64,000 nucleotides of DNA from Octopus vulgaris (lineage: Eukaryota). A model generated the notes under the pieces. It saw nothing but the letters and a program-made list of their open reading frames with translations, was not told the DNA's origin and did no database searches. Numbering within the stretch: the first letter of the stretch is position 1; the number at the start of each line of letters is the position of its first letter. The DNA is taken from positions 110,918,001 to 110,982,000 of the forward strand of contig OX597815.1 in NCBI GenBank assembly GCA_951406725.2, given 5' to 3'. Of the stretch, positions 13,136-26,774 are shown piece after piece. The position numbers were made by a program, and so were the translations under genes.

Positions 13136-14099
13136 TCAAGCAAAATATTACAAAGTGAAAGGCTTAGTGATCAAGCAGACCTCAACACCACCATTGGGAG
13201 ATAACATGGTCAAAAAGAAAAAAACCCAAAATTTTCTTAATAGCGACCATATGCGAACCTAGGCTTCATTGAAACAATACATATTGTATATTGGCTCAAC
13301 AAATGCCACGTCTGTTCAGTTCTTATAAAGAATGTTGTATAATACGAACTTATAGCAGTCTGAATTCACTGCTACTGTAGGTCAGTTCACTTCAGAGAAG
13401 AGAAATCGGAGCCTACAAAATCAAGGTTTTCCGCACACCACCGTAGTTTTACACATCCTTATTAAAGGGGTGTTCATGAATTTGTCATGATAGATTTTAC
13501 AGTCGGTGGTTTCTTCTGTAATAGAGAACTGGTTAATCTAATGATTTTGCTTGGTAATAAGGACGAATTGATAAAACGCTTTTATCTGATGGCACAAACT
13601 AAAGTTCGAGCGAAATTTCCCCGTAATTAAGTAACCCAGACCCTACTTTCACAAAATGTTTCGATTATAAAATCCTCGATCAAGTGGCTCCACTAACATC
13701 AGCGTCAATCGGATTACCGGCATTCTAAAATACATCTAATCTGCATGTCGTATATTACGTAGATTAATAATTAACAACGTTTTTCCACTGCTTGATAACT
13801 TCCTATATATATAACTAATGTAGGATAAAATTTGTTTCGACAAAAAAATTTTATCAATGGCCAGCATATCAAAAATACCTTTAAGTGTTAAATTTATAAA
13901 TAATTTATAAAATAAAGAGCAAAAGAAAAATTCTAATGCCAAATATGCCGGAAAAAATGACAAAAATTGTCAATAACCATTATAATTTATGCGTCTCGAA
14001 ACAAACCGATAGAAATTTCTAAAAAATCCGTTATCACCCTATTGGTCCCAATTTCGGGGTTAATTCATAAGAATTTTCCCCTCTTCAGCGATAAATACG

Positions 14100-17000
14100 T
14101 GAGATATAAGTGAAATACTTACGTCAGCCTTTATTGACACCCCGGGTGTCTCACCAGTGCTTCTGCTGAATGTCAGAGGTCTGGTGAAACCCACTAATAT
14201 GGGTAAAATTCCTTACCTTAGGGACTTGAGCACAAGCAACCATGCAATATGCATAGCGCTGACTGAAACGCACCTGTCAAGCAGTATAGCAGATGCAGAA
14301 ATACACATACCGAAGTATGCTGTTTTTCGGTCGGACAGGAAGGAAAGAACTCATGGTGGGGTTGCCCTGTACGTCCGTGAAGATGTTACACCCATAGTAC
14401 TGTTGACACACTCAAACTCAGTCTGTGACACACTGATAGTACACATGAAACAACCGAAAATAGTAATATGTGTCACATATCGGCCACCAGACACCCCTAG
14501 TCATGAAGGAGTGTTTGAAGATAGCCTCAGAAGAATAGAAGTCCTGGACAAACTGGATCAGGGTAACACCATTCTACTGCTGGGAGATTTTAACCTTCCG
14601 AAAGTCAAATGGCCAGATGGCCATCTCCTCCCTGGAATGACATCACTTGAACAGAGACAGACAGAGTCCTTGTTGGCTCTCACACGCAAGTTTTTCATGG
14701 AGCAAGCAGTGCTTTGGCCAACAAGAGGTGAGAATGTCTTGGACCTCTGTTTCACAAGCAACCCGATGCTCATCCACAACATAATGGTAACACCAACAAT
14801 TCTCTCAGATCACAACTTAGTAGAGGTAATGATATATGGTATGAGAGAGTTAGTTGAGACGCAGCCATTAGAAAATACCACAGGCCTATCCAGTCTAAAC
14901 TTCCATAAGGCAAACTGGAAGAAGATCAACGAAGAGATCCGAAAACATGACAGGAGTGACTTCATCACCACACAAGACACCAACACACATTTCCAACATT
15001 TCATGACAACAATACAGAACATATGCCATAAGTTTGTCCCGGAGAAAAAGCCAGCGGGCATAGGAACGTTATTCCCAGAGACAGGAAAATACTTATGAGG
15101 CGAAGAGCTAAGCTCTCGAAGCAACTGAATGCACGGCAGAGAAACAATGAGGGACTCCACCTGAAACTTTTTGAAACGGAAACTGCACTCAAACTTTCCT
15201 ATGAGAAGGAGAGGGCAGAGAGAGAAGCCAGGGCCATAGAGAATATTAAAACAAACCCTAAAGCCTTCTTTAAATTTGCGAAAGAAACCACCTCGGTACA
15301 CTGCAAGATTGGCCCACTCTTTGATAAAAAGGGCTCTCTAACTGAGGACCCCCAAGGGATAAGTGAAATACTAAAAGAACAGTATAAAAGTGTGTTCACA
15401 TCCCCTCTGGGGCACATGCAAATCACAAACCCAGAAGTTTTCTTTGATGCCACAACACTCCAAAACCAAACAACAACCATCGACCACATAGACATAACAG
15501 AGAGGGATGTAATATCTGCCATAGAAGAAATGAGAATAAACTCAGCTGCTGGACCAGATGGATTCCCAGCAGTCCTCCTAAAAACATGCAGGCATGCCCT
15601 AGCGGGACCACTGAACAAGCTCTTCAGTGGTTCCTTGGCTAACGGTAAACTGCCCAGGGCGCTAAAAGAAGGCACCATATGCCCTATCCACAAAGGAGGG
15701 AGTAGAGCAGAGGCCAAAAACTACAGGCCAGTCTCCCTGACGTCACACATAAGTAAGGTCATGGAACGAATCATCAGAAAAAAACTGATCACGTTCCTCG
15801 AAGAAACTAACCGTCTCACTGACACACAGCATGGCTTTCGCCCAGGAAGAAGCTGCCTTACGCAGCTGTTACAACACTACGACTGGGTACTGAAACAACT
15901 ACTGGATCGCTCACAGGTGGATGTGGTATATCTCGACTTTGCGAAGGCCTTTGACAAAGTCGACCACGGAGTGATATGTCACAAATTACTCAGACTCGGC
16001 ATAACAGGAAAAGTAGGTGAATGGATACATGACTTCCTGAAGGACAGAAGCCAGATGGTTGCAGCCAATGGAGCCCTCTCGGGAAAGACACCAACAGCAA
16101 GCGGGGTGCCACCGGGCACAGTCTTGGGACCCTTGCTGTTTTTGGTGGCGCTCTCTGACATGCCCTTTGTAGCACAAACAACATCCCTCACTAGCTATGC
16201 TGATGACACAAAGGTAGCACAGGCAATCAAAAACCCAGCTGATGCTGACCTTTTACAACAAGATCTGGATGCCATATACAAATGGGCTGAAGACAACAAC
16301 ATGCAATTTAATGCTGGTAAATTTCAAGCCTTACAATATCAAGTTGTAAACACATATACATTACAACACAACTATACTGGTCCAGGAGGGATCGAAATCC
16401 CAGTATCGAAATCAATACGGGACCTGGGGATAGACATGAGTGACGATGCATCTTTTTCTTCACACATCGCGAAGGTGGCGACAATGTGCAGACGACTCAC
16501 TGGCTGGATCCTGAGGACATTCCGGACAAGAGACTGCGAGACCATGTTGACACTATGGAGGACATTTGTCCTAAGCCGCCTGGACTACTGCTCCCAACTG
16601 TGGTCACCGCATAGTGTCAAACTAACCACAGAGCTTGAGACAATCCAAAGACATTTCACCAAGAGGATTTCCACCATGAAAGAAAAGAACTATTGGGAGA
16701 GGCTTAGGGAACTCAATTTGTACTCCTTGGAACGAAGACGAGAGAGATATGCAGTGATATACATATGGAAAATCCTGGAGGGACTAGCACCAAATTTTGG
16801 AATTGAGAGCTGTTCCAATCCCCGTACAGGACGTCACTGTGTGGTGCCAAAGGTCCCGTCTTCCACATCCAGGGTAAGGAGCAGATACTGTAATAGCCTG
16901 GGGTTCAGGGGCCCTCAGCTTTTCAACAAACTGCCAAGAAAACTAAGAGATCTACATGATGCGGATGTGGACATTTTCAAAAAACATCTAGACAAGCTGC

Positions 17001-17192
17001 TTTCCGGGATCCCAGATGAACCCACTGCAAGGTACGAAGGTAACCTAAGGGCAGCAGCTACAAACTCTCTCTTAGATCAGTGGCCAGCCACGGCAAACTG
17101 GACTTAGAGAGGGTAGCAACAAGGGCGGTGCCCCAGCATGGCCTCAGCCGGATGGCTGAAACAAGTAAAAGAGTAAAAGAGTAAAAGAGTAA
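14100..17192 (+). mobile_element. Young 5'-truncated CR1-clade LINE (ORF2 plus 3'UTR, (GTAAAAGA)n tail)
   Basis: APE plus RT ORF2, short 3'UTR, tandem 8-mer tail abutting (TA)n; no ORF1 recognised. Confidence 0.9.
14157..17107 (+). pseudogene. LINE ORF2 (APE endonuclease plus reverse transcriptase) split by one frameshift near 15055
   Basis: LNVRGL, LTETHL, YRPP, GDFN, LDLCF, SDHN (APE); AAGPDG, NYRPVSLTS, QHGFR, YLDFAKAFDKV, GVPPGTVLGP, YADD, RDLG (RT). Confidence 0.93.
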
Positions 17193-17832
17193 TATATATA
17201 TATATATATACAAACGTGCACACACATATGAACAGGTGCAGTGAACGAAAGCGCCTAATATTTATTCTACCTGAATTGTGCAGATACTACAACGCTGTGA
17301 ACACATACTATATTAACAAAGAACGTGTAAATGTGTGCCGTGAACAGTAAGGAGTTCTTATGTTTTACATACGATACCACTTTACATAACGAGCTACCTT
17401 TTCTTACTTTTGCGAATTCCGTTACTAATTTTTTTACCGATGCAGATCATGATAAATTTTCTCGGAATCTACTCTTCTCCTACTTGTTTATCTATCGTTT
17501 CTTTTCTAAATATCACTAAAACGAGTAAATATTATTAAGAAGTGTTGAAGATATTGAGGATATTTTTTGACAGATTTTGCTGAAGCCAACAAACTTAACC
17601 TTCAGCAATTTGACACGAAAACAGGTTTTCCTTTCCGAAGATAACATTTATTTAGTCCTGATCAAATAAATCATATCAGGATATACAGCTCCTATATCTA
17701 GAATGTTGAATAGTATTTCTGAAAAAATGCAATTTGCGCATTAAATTGATACCTTCTTTTAATTGTTACCATTTCAAATGTATTACAAGGAAAGGATTCG
17801 AATACAAAAAAGAAGTGCACACACACACACTT

Positions 17833-17913
<81 letters not shown>

Positions 17914-17916
17914 CAT

Positions 17917-18105
17917 TAACACGCCGGGCAAAATGCTTGGCAGTATTTCGTCTGTCTCTACGTTCTGAGTTCAAAGTCCGGCGAGGTCGACTTTGCCTTT
18001 CTTCCTTTCGGGGTCGATAAATTAAGTACCAGTTGTGTACTGGGATCGATCTAATCGACTGGCCCCCTCCTCCAAAATTTTGGGCCTTGTACCTTGAGTA
18101 GAAAA
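17917..18105 (+). mobile_element. Nin/Deu-domain SINE
   Basis: GTCGACTTTGCCTTTCTTCCTTTCGGGGTCGATAAATTAAGTACC core and GGCCTTGTACC...AGAAAAG tail. Confidence 0.85.
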
Positions 18106-18904
18106 GTATATATATATATGTGTATGTGTGCATGTATGTGCGTGCGTGTGCGTGTGTGTGTGTGTGCATATGCATACAGGAAAGGACAAAATAATAGAAT
18201 CACCAATTTTTATTTAACTATTTGTTTTCTGATGGCAACAGGATAAATTGAAAACTGTTCTAGCCTGTGTATGTGCTTATATACATTATCTCCACCCTGT
18301 ACTTCTATTTTTTTTCAGACGTTTATGTTGAATAAATAAGTGAAAATGCTTGAACCCATCTAATTTCCAAACAGGGAACGTTGTCGGAACGCTGATAGTT
18401 GAAGCTGTCGTCGCTAAAGTTACTGAATTGTGCAACGTCTAAAGAAAAACTGTATCAAAAATCATTGACATACAAAGCGAAGCAAAACTTTGCTATGGTG
18501 AGTATAATTATAATTCTGGATAGAAGTAAAACTCATTGCTAGAACAGTGGTTCTGAAAACTTTTAACAGTGGTCCCTAACAGTGCTTTCCAAAATTTTTA
18601 TTTCAAAATGCTTGACCTATATTTATATATATGCGTATGAGTAGGCATGCTTACGTGTTTACTATGAACTTTTAACCTTATTTTAATTAGCGGTCATTGG
18701 ATTAGCGCTTTTATATAAGTAGCGGAATTATAACACAGTAATTTCCCTTTGTATAACGGTATTTTTTCAAAGCGTTTTTCAGATGGCCAGATATCCGAAG
18801 AGATGGTGTTGTGGATTTCCACCTCGGCATCCGAAACTCAGAGTTTTTTTTATCTTGGCTATTGAATAATTGTTACATATTATTTTACAGATATATATAT
18901 GAGA

Positions 18905-19725
18905 GGGTGATGATATCGTGAATAACTCACTTCCTCCAAGACAACAATCTGCTCAACCCCAACCACCATGGTTTCTATGATGGCAGAGACTGCCTGTTGT
19001 AGCTTCTGCACCATTTTGATGACATCCAACACTGACGTCATATCCCTTGATTTCAGCAAGGTATTTGACACAGTGGCCCACACAATACTGCTGAAGAAAC
19101 TGTCCAACATCTGAGTCTGTGGAAAGCTGCCGGATAAAATGTTTCCTGACGGACATAATCCATCATTTTGTGTTTGAGGGAATACGATCTAGCTCACCCA
19201 AAGTCAGTAGTGGTGGCCCACAATGTATTGTGTTGGGCCCACTTCTTTTCATCAACATCAATGACATAGTGGACGTCATCAAACATTCTACATTGAAAAT
19301 CTTTGCAGATGATAAGTCATAAATGGAACGGAGACTGAATATTTCTTCAGTAGGATCTGTTTGCTGTTGTCCAATGGATGAAAAAAAAACCCAATATGCT
19401 TCTAAATGAAGATAAGTTTGTTTTCATCTACTTTGGAAAAGAGAATACTCTGGAATTACCATATGCTCTTCCCTCGGGTGACTCCCTAGTGTCATCCAAC
19501 AACACCAGAGATCTTGGAGTAGTTGTTGACAACAATCTAAGCTAGAGTTCCCAGGTAAACAGCAAGGTGGAGTTGGCCCGCAAGATGTGCTCCTGGATTC
19601 TGATAATTTTCGGTCTAGTGATGCCCCCAACATCATCCTTCTCCACTCTACTTTTGTGCGATCCCACCTTGAATACTGTTGCCTACTGTCTTTCCCCATA
19701 CGAAGTAACACATTATGAAAGTGCA
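18905..19725 (+). pseudogene. Degenerate CR1-like RT fragment
   Basis: FLQDNNLLNPNHHGF, DVISLDFSKVFDTV, GGPQCIVLGPLLF, KIFADD, RDLGV with stops and frameshifts. Confidence 0.85.
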
Positions 19726-19854
19726 AGCACTTACTTTGCGTTACTCGTCGCTCTTTGGGTCTTCTAGACACCAATATCTCTTATACCCTCGATATATGTA
19801 TGTATATGTATATATGTATATGTTTATGTATGTATATGTATATATGTATATCTA

Positions 19855-20128
19855 CCGGACCGGGTTGCGTGTCGTATTCTTGAGCAAGACACTTTATTTC
19901 ACGTTGCTTCTGTTCACTCATCTGCAAAAATGAGTTGCGACATCACTGGTGTCCAGCTGTTTTGGCATTTGCTTTTCCTTTGGATGACATCGGTGGCGTG
20001 GAGAGGGGAGGCAGGTATGCATGGGTGACTGCTGGCCTTCGATAAACAAGCTTGCCTGGACTTGTACCTCGGAGGGTAACTTTCTAGGTGCAATACCATG
20101 GTCATTCATGACTGAAGGGGGTCTCCGC
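19855..20128 (+). mobile_element. 5'-truncated CORE-type SINE
   Basis: TTCTTGAGCAAGACACTTTATTTCACGTTGC core, same family as 35885-36160. Confidence 0.6.
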
Positions 20129-20183
20129 ATATATATATATGAATATATGTACATATATATATATACATGTATATGTATAAATA

Positions 20184-20250
<67 letters not shown>

Positions 20251-20305
20251 GTATATATATATATGTATATATGTATATATGTATATATATATATATGTAT
20301 ATATG

Positions 20306-20354
<49 letters not shown>

Positions 20355-20750
20355 GTATATATATATATATATTATATATGTATATATATCATATATATAT
20401 TTATATATATATAAGAAATTTGGGATTTAATTTACGGACCCCTAGTTCTACTTTTGTGGACCCCAGGTTGGGAACCACTGGGATAGAGATTAATGAAACA
20501 TACTGTGTCTAAAAGTCATTGAACTACGGAAAAACCTCGCCTTGCCCACTCTATTTATTTTTAAAAAAGAGACCCATTTGGTGTGCGTTCCATAAAGCTG
20601 AATTGTTTTGGAGGACTGCAGTTGCTTTCTCAAACAGAAGTAAATTTGGCGTGTATAATAGCAGTAATCATAATTATGGTAATAAATAATAACTGTAACC
20701 ACAGTAGTAAGTTCAATAATAACTGGTCATAGTAATATAAATAATAATAA

Positions 20751-21184
20751 TCTTCTACTAAAGGCACAAGGCATGACATTTTTATCACAATCACAGAACT
20801 TAACTGGTACTTATTTTATCGACTCGCCACCACACAAAAATAAAACAAAAATGAAAGCCCAAATCAACTTCAGCAGAATTTGAACTTGATAAGTAAAGCC
20901 GGTCGAAATATCGCTAAGCATTTTGTCCGGCGTGCTAATGATTTTGCCAGCCTGCCACCTTACACACTAATAATAATAGTAGCTTCAACTTTTGGCACAA
21001 GGTCAGCAATTTTAAGGGAGGGGGCTAGTCGATTACATCGACCCCATTGCTCTACTGGTACTGAATTTATTGACTCTGAAAGGATGAAAGCAAAAGTCGA
21101 AGACGGCGGAATTTGAACTCAGAACGTTGTGACTGACGAAATCTGCTTAGCATTTTCTTCGGCGTGCTAATTATTGTGCCAGCT
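20751..21184 (-). mobile_element. Two Nin/Deu-domain SINE copies
   Basis: Family core and head on the minus strand, each next to (TAA)n. Confidence 0.75.
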
Positions 21185-21202
21185 TAGTAGTAGTAGTAGT
21201 AA

Positions 21203-21256
<54 letters not shown>

Positions 21257-21258
<2 letters not shown>

Positions 21259-21510
21259 TGGAAGAGTAAAAACTTGAAGATAGTTCCAATTATTGTTGGA
21301 GCCTTGGGGAGAGCGTCAAAAGATTTTGAGATGAATATGAAGGAAATGGGAATTGCGTGCACAAGTCTACCAGGCACGGCCATGATTGTCAGGAAAGTAT
21401 AACATAGTCGAAGAGTATAAACAGCATAGTTCTGGAGGTTGCAGGTAGCAAGCCCACTACACATGTATGACTCTAGGGGTTCCAAAATATTCCGGGTTAG
21501 AAGAATGATC
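21257..21510 (+). mobile_element. R4/Dong-like 3' fragment
   Basis: WKSKNLKIVPIIVGALG follows (TAG)n. Confidence 0.55.
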
Positions 21511-23030
21511 ATAGTAGGAAGAGAGTTTAAACTATGAGCGTCTTAGTTATTATATGACAGTTAAGAACAGTAATAGTAACTTCTATGACGGCTATAATTT
21601 TAGAATATAATCGTGAGACTGAAATTGGTGGCAATGATAGTGATACAAGCATTATGAAAAGTAAGTATATCACTGGTTGCACAGGTCATCAACAGTCTAA
21701 CCCCAGCAGAACTGACACCGAGAGTAGGAATACTAATAATAGAAATAAACGTGACAACCTTTATCACCTTAATGTTGGTGATTTTCTTTGTCACCCTCGC
21801 TATTATTGATTCATCTGCTGTTTCCTTTGATTATTATCAAATATAACGAGGACCATACCGGTGACAGTAATACTGAAGGGGGCGATGAGAGCAACCATAT
21901 TATTTATTAATTACAGCAACGAAAAGATGGACACAATTACGGCCATTCAGTTTGATTATAGATATGGTCATATTCATGTAGGAATGGCAGTTTCAGTAAT
22001 CGTAACACGAGCAGTAGCATACTGATTGCTAATAACAGTTCGCGTAATATAAATACTAGTATCAGCATGAAGAAGAAGAATAACGATAAAATGACTAACA
22101 TTAATAGCAATTTAATACAGGATAAAAATAAATGCAGGAGTAGAATATCTAATAAATCCGCTTTGAATGGTTATTGCTTGAAGCATAACGTAAATAATGG
22201 GAAACAAAATTCAACCAAAATATGTGTTAATTCTTCTGTCGTTGTTTGTTGAGTTTTAGTGCATTGCTCATTTTCTTCTGCTAAACGCAAAACATCCACT
22301 TCATTAGCTGATTATAGATATTATCTCAATCACAATAACATCCTATACAATATTATTCAATCTGTTATTAAATGTGGAAGGCTTTACAAAGGTGGCTGAA
22401 CTCCATGCGTTCTCCGTAACAAAGAGCCTGTCGAGATCTTCAGAAAGAATAATCACAATCTTTTGATTCGGGAACAGGCGTCGTTTATTACCCCTTAAAA
22501 TGATTGTTCGACCTTTTTATTAGATAATTACTTATTTCTAGTCCTTTTATATGTATTTGTTCCTGTGAGGTCTTCCAGGTTTTTCCATTTGATCCTTGGG
22601 GTAATTTCATATCGTACATTTTCTTTATATTTGATATCTAAGCCGTTAAGATTTTATTTAAATAATGATCAAATTGTTATGTAATGCGCGTAGCCTTTAA
22701 CATGACCTACCATTTAGCCTTCGTTTTTATTTGCATCCTATTCTTAAAGTCTTCTTGCGGTTTGCTCTCTATTCCTGGATGGTTATTAAGCGTATTGACG
22801 CTTAGAATGAAATTTGTTGGCTTTCTCAACATTTTCTTAATTAATTCTATTTGAAAGTTGATCATATCACACAAAGTCTTAGTGTGATTTACTAAGCACG
22901 TTGCCATGTCACCTTATCGTGAGATCGGCTGTTCACCATCTTTCTGTTATAATTACTCTTTCTAAATCTTTATTCTCTTTATTCTTTCTTTTCCTTGTTC
23001 TTATTTATACTTATTTCTCACTTGCTGACA

Positions 23031-23884
23031 TTATTCCGACGTTGGCGTAACAATATACTTGCCCAAACTGAATTGCTGTAGTTATTTCATTTTTATTTCC
23101 GAAAAAAATGTTTTTAAAAAGTTATAGAGGTTTAAAATTTGATCATTTTCACCAAGTCAGGAAACAGGATTTGGAAGCTGTTATTTTGTGCGTGACTGCC
23201 CATTTTGTTGTCAAAATCCTGAAAATTCTTACATTTTTTATATTTTCCGTGGATTTTTCTCGAGTCCAGCTAGTTATAATAAATAGATCCATAATTTACG
23301 ACTAATAATATAATAGTACTCAGTGAAACTCTTTAGTACTCACACATTTTCGTGCCTATTTTGGGTGGGTGGGGTGGGGGGTCTTTTCTGTTTGGTTGCC
23401 AGCGTCAATTTCCTACTCGAATTGATTTCATATTCAATGTAATGATACACTTTTATAGGCTAATTAACGAAGTGAAAATAATTTTTGCTATAATTTAATG
23501 AATAAAGATGTATTAGTAATTAATGTTTGAAAATTTTGGTAATTTTAGTCAAATTGATGGTTTTCTCTTTTAAATTAACAAACATTTATTTACATGAAAG
23601 AAAATTACCTGAGAACTTTCGTGCTAAAAATAACAGCTAAATAAGATTTATCTGCATGAAAGAAAACTTCCGCAGACATAACACGTGTTGTTTACAAACA
23701 TTGACAACATGTGCTATTTTGTCACACACAAAATGACAGCTTCCAAATCCTGTTTCCTGACTTGGTGAAAATGATCAATCTTTAAATCTCTATAACTTTT
23801 TAAAAACATTTTTTCTGGAAAAAATGAAAATATCCCCAACAATGCAGTTTAGACAAGTGTATTATTGTGCCAGCGTCGGAGTAA
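23031..23884. mobile_element. Foldback MITE with ~165-bp terminal inverted repeats
   Basis: 23031-23196 is the reverse complement of 23721-23884. Confidence 0.8.
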
Positions 23885-23929
23885 CCATTGAACATCGAAT
23901 GATCAACACCAAGAAGGAAGAAATATTAT

Positions 23930-24355
23930 TTATATATATTTATTCATTTGCCCGACAGGTAGTTAGAGACAGTGGTACTTGTAGTGAAAGCGAAATTATT
24001 TTTCGATAGTAACAAAAAAGTTATTGTCTGCCAGTAGAGAGGGAACAAATAAGGAATGTATGGTGCTGACTAGAAATGAAGAAAGGGTAAAGATGACTCT
24101 GCTCTGATTGGCTGTATGCAAATGAGTTTATTACTGGGGACCGGATCTCTCGTAGGAAAAAATTTAACTTCCCGCTCGTCGGGCAGTTGCGATCAAGAAT
24201 GCATCATAACTGCCCGACGAACGGGAAGGTGAAACTCTGAGTAGAAGCTTTTTGTGATGTTTTTCGCAGCTTTAATAAAAAAAGCACATTACTCTACCTT
24301 CGGTATTCGCTTAGTATTTTTATCTACCTTGTTTTGAATCTATGTGCTTACTCAT
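23930..24355 (+). repeat. Interspersed repeat with long hairpin, possible Penelope-like terminal repeat
   Basis: Hairpin 24168-24228 followed by GAAACtctgaGTA. Confidence 0.35.
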
Positions 24356-24399
24356 CTGTGTGTGTATGTGTTTAAATATATATATATATAAATGTGTGT

Positions 24400-24620
24400 A
24401 TGTGTGTGTGAGTGTGTGTTCCTGTCTGTGCGTGTTCCCTCCACTTGTCAACCGGTGCTGGTGTATTTGTGTCCAAGTGATCCAGCAGTTCGGTATGGGA
24501 TACCAATAGAATAAATACGAGATTTAAAGTGAAAAGAAAGAAAAAAAACTTAATTCTTCTCGCCGATGCTCCAGTACAGCCACAATCTGATGCCTGAAAC
24601 AAATAATCGATAAAAAAAAG
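24400..24620 (+). mobile_element. 3' half of tRNA/CORE SINE with CR1-like tail
   Basis: CAACCGGTGCTGGTGT...GATGCTCCAGTACAGCCACA...CTGAAAC. Confidence 0.6.
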
Positions 24621-25033
24621 TACGTGGAATATATGTATAGTTAAAAATAGTCGAGGCATTTTTTCAAGTCACAAAAAGAGTTTAATAATCACGCGTCTAA
24701 AAGTTCCATACATAAGAAGAACGCAAAAAATCGCTTTTAGTAATCTGTTTGCAGTATAATAAAAGTATATGCAAATGCAATTACATACAATAAACATTCG
24801 GTAAAGATTGACAATAAATTAAGTAAATTGAATTTAACAAAATGTGTCTAACTGATAGAAAAGTTTAAATAAATATATTCAATCAACATACTGAACTGCT
24901 TAGTATCGAATTCATGTATGTTACTATTATCATACTGAGTCAAGTGTTATTATTAAAACACACACAGACACAAACACGGGCACGCAAGCTCTCTCTTACA
25001 CACGTGCATACATAAATATGTAAATACTCACAC

Positions 25034-25095
<62 letters not shown>

Positions 25096-25123
25096 ACACA
25101 TATATATATATACATATAAACAC

Positions 25124-25194
<71 letters not shown>

Positions 25195-25805
25195 TATAGA
25201 TATATAGATAGATAGATAGATAGATATATCGGAGATATTCGTTAGAAACACACTAATATACATTTCTGCTGCCCTGAATAAATATAAGAATTTATTTTTA
25301 CGTATAAAATTTTTAAGTCAATTTTCTAGGTCTTCACTCGGGAATAATCAGCCGCTTGGTAGGGAACGATGTAATACTTGGTTATAATCTAATTTCATGT
25401 AAATTAATGTTTTGAAAAGAAATTGTTCTCATTTCTCCTCTGGACAGTTTAAAAATAATTAATTCGGGTCAAAACAGATTTTATTTGTTATTATGCACAA
25501 AAGCGAAAACAATTTACGTATCAAAAACTTTCATCTGAAAGTTTTATGTATTGAGTGTATTAACAGAAGGTACGTCTGTGAGATCGTGAAGAATTCTTTG
25601 CATTCTGGTTGATTCAATATAAAGCAGCATCTTAAGAAAGCAAGGTTTTTCTGTTATGGCCTCCAGCATTGACAGTGCCTTTTAAGTCCAATATTTTGAA
25701 GTAATTTGCAGAAGTCTCTCGCAGACACTTACATAGTCATGCACCCTCAAAAAGAGAGGCATTGCCCCGTCAGAACACACCCCACAAACTCACACATATG
25801 TATAA

Positions 25806-26250
25806 GTGCAGGCATTGCTATGTGGTTAATAATATCTCTTTGCAACCATATGGTTCCGGGTACAGTTCCACTGTGCAGCACTTTGTGAAAATGCCTTCAA
25901 CTATATCTGCGGGCCGACTAAAGCCTTGTGCGTGGATCTGAATGACAGAAACTGAAAGAAGCCCACGCACACACGCACACATATATTTGTGTTGTATGGG
26001 CGATTCTCTGCTTGCATTTGTTCACCACCACACCGTTTAATAATCAGTGTTGGTTTGGATATGTCCCCGTAGATTAGCGGTTCGGTAAAATAAAAACAGG
26101 ACGATAGAATAAGTGCCACACATATCAAAAGTAAAAATAAAAATAAAAACGTGATAATTACCTGGTAATTATCCATTTTAGTCGAAGAATTTAACGAAAC
26201 CCTTGAAAGCGGTGCTCAAACCTGACCACAGACCAATGACTGAAAGAGGT
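25806..26250 (+). mobile_element. tRNA/CORE SINE, diverged
   Basis: Head GTGGTTAA...GGGTACAGTTCCAC, core, tail GCGGTGCTC...GACTGAAA. Confidence 0.75.
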
Positions 26251-26714
26251 TTATGAATGAAAAATTATGCATGCATATAGGTTTGTGTGTGAATTTGTGC
26301 ATATGTGATTATGTGTGTTTGTGTCCAAAATTTATTGCTTAGCGATGTAAAGTGAGGTGTATTGTTCATTCATGTCGAAAACGGGACTTAATGAATCAAT
26401 AAGTAGAAATGAATGTGATAAATATCAACCTGAATAACGATTTAAATCAGCATTTAGGATCGTTTTTTTTTTTCGGGCATTTGTGAATGCTTGGTAGTTT
26501 GCTAGTGTATGTTTGTATGTGTACGTCCGCACGCTCATGCGTGCGTGTGTGTGTACGTGCATGTGTATGCGCGCGAATCCATGTGTGGGCTTGTGCGTCT
26601 GTTCAGTTTTTAATGCTCCAAATATACGCTCTGAGTATTTGTTCGTTTTCCGGTAACTAATTAGGGCTTCTTTGTATATAAATATAAATGATAGAATTGA
26701 ACAACGTAGTCATA

Positions 26715-26770
<56 letters not shown>

Positions 26771-26774
<4 letters not shown>

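Larger units (their letters stand above)
18545..20480. mobile_element. hAT/Charlie-like non-autonomous element carrying nested insertions
   Basis: Termini CAGTGGTTC and GGTTGGGAACCACTG; flanks resemble NNNTAGAN targets. Confidence 0.5.

Noticed and set aside
14558-16191. Minus-strand ORFs of up to 172 aa
   Set aside because: Antisense shadows of LINE ORF2 with no independent motifs
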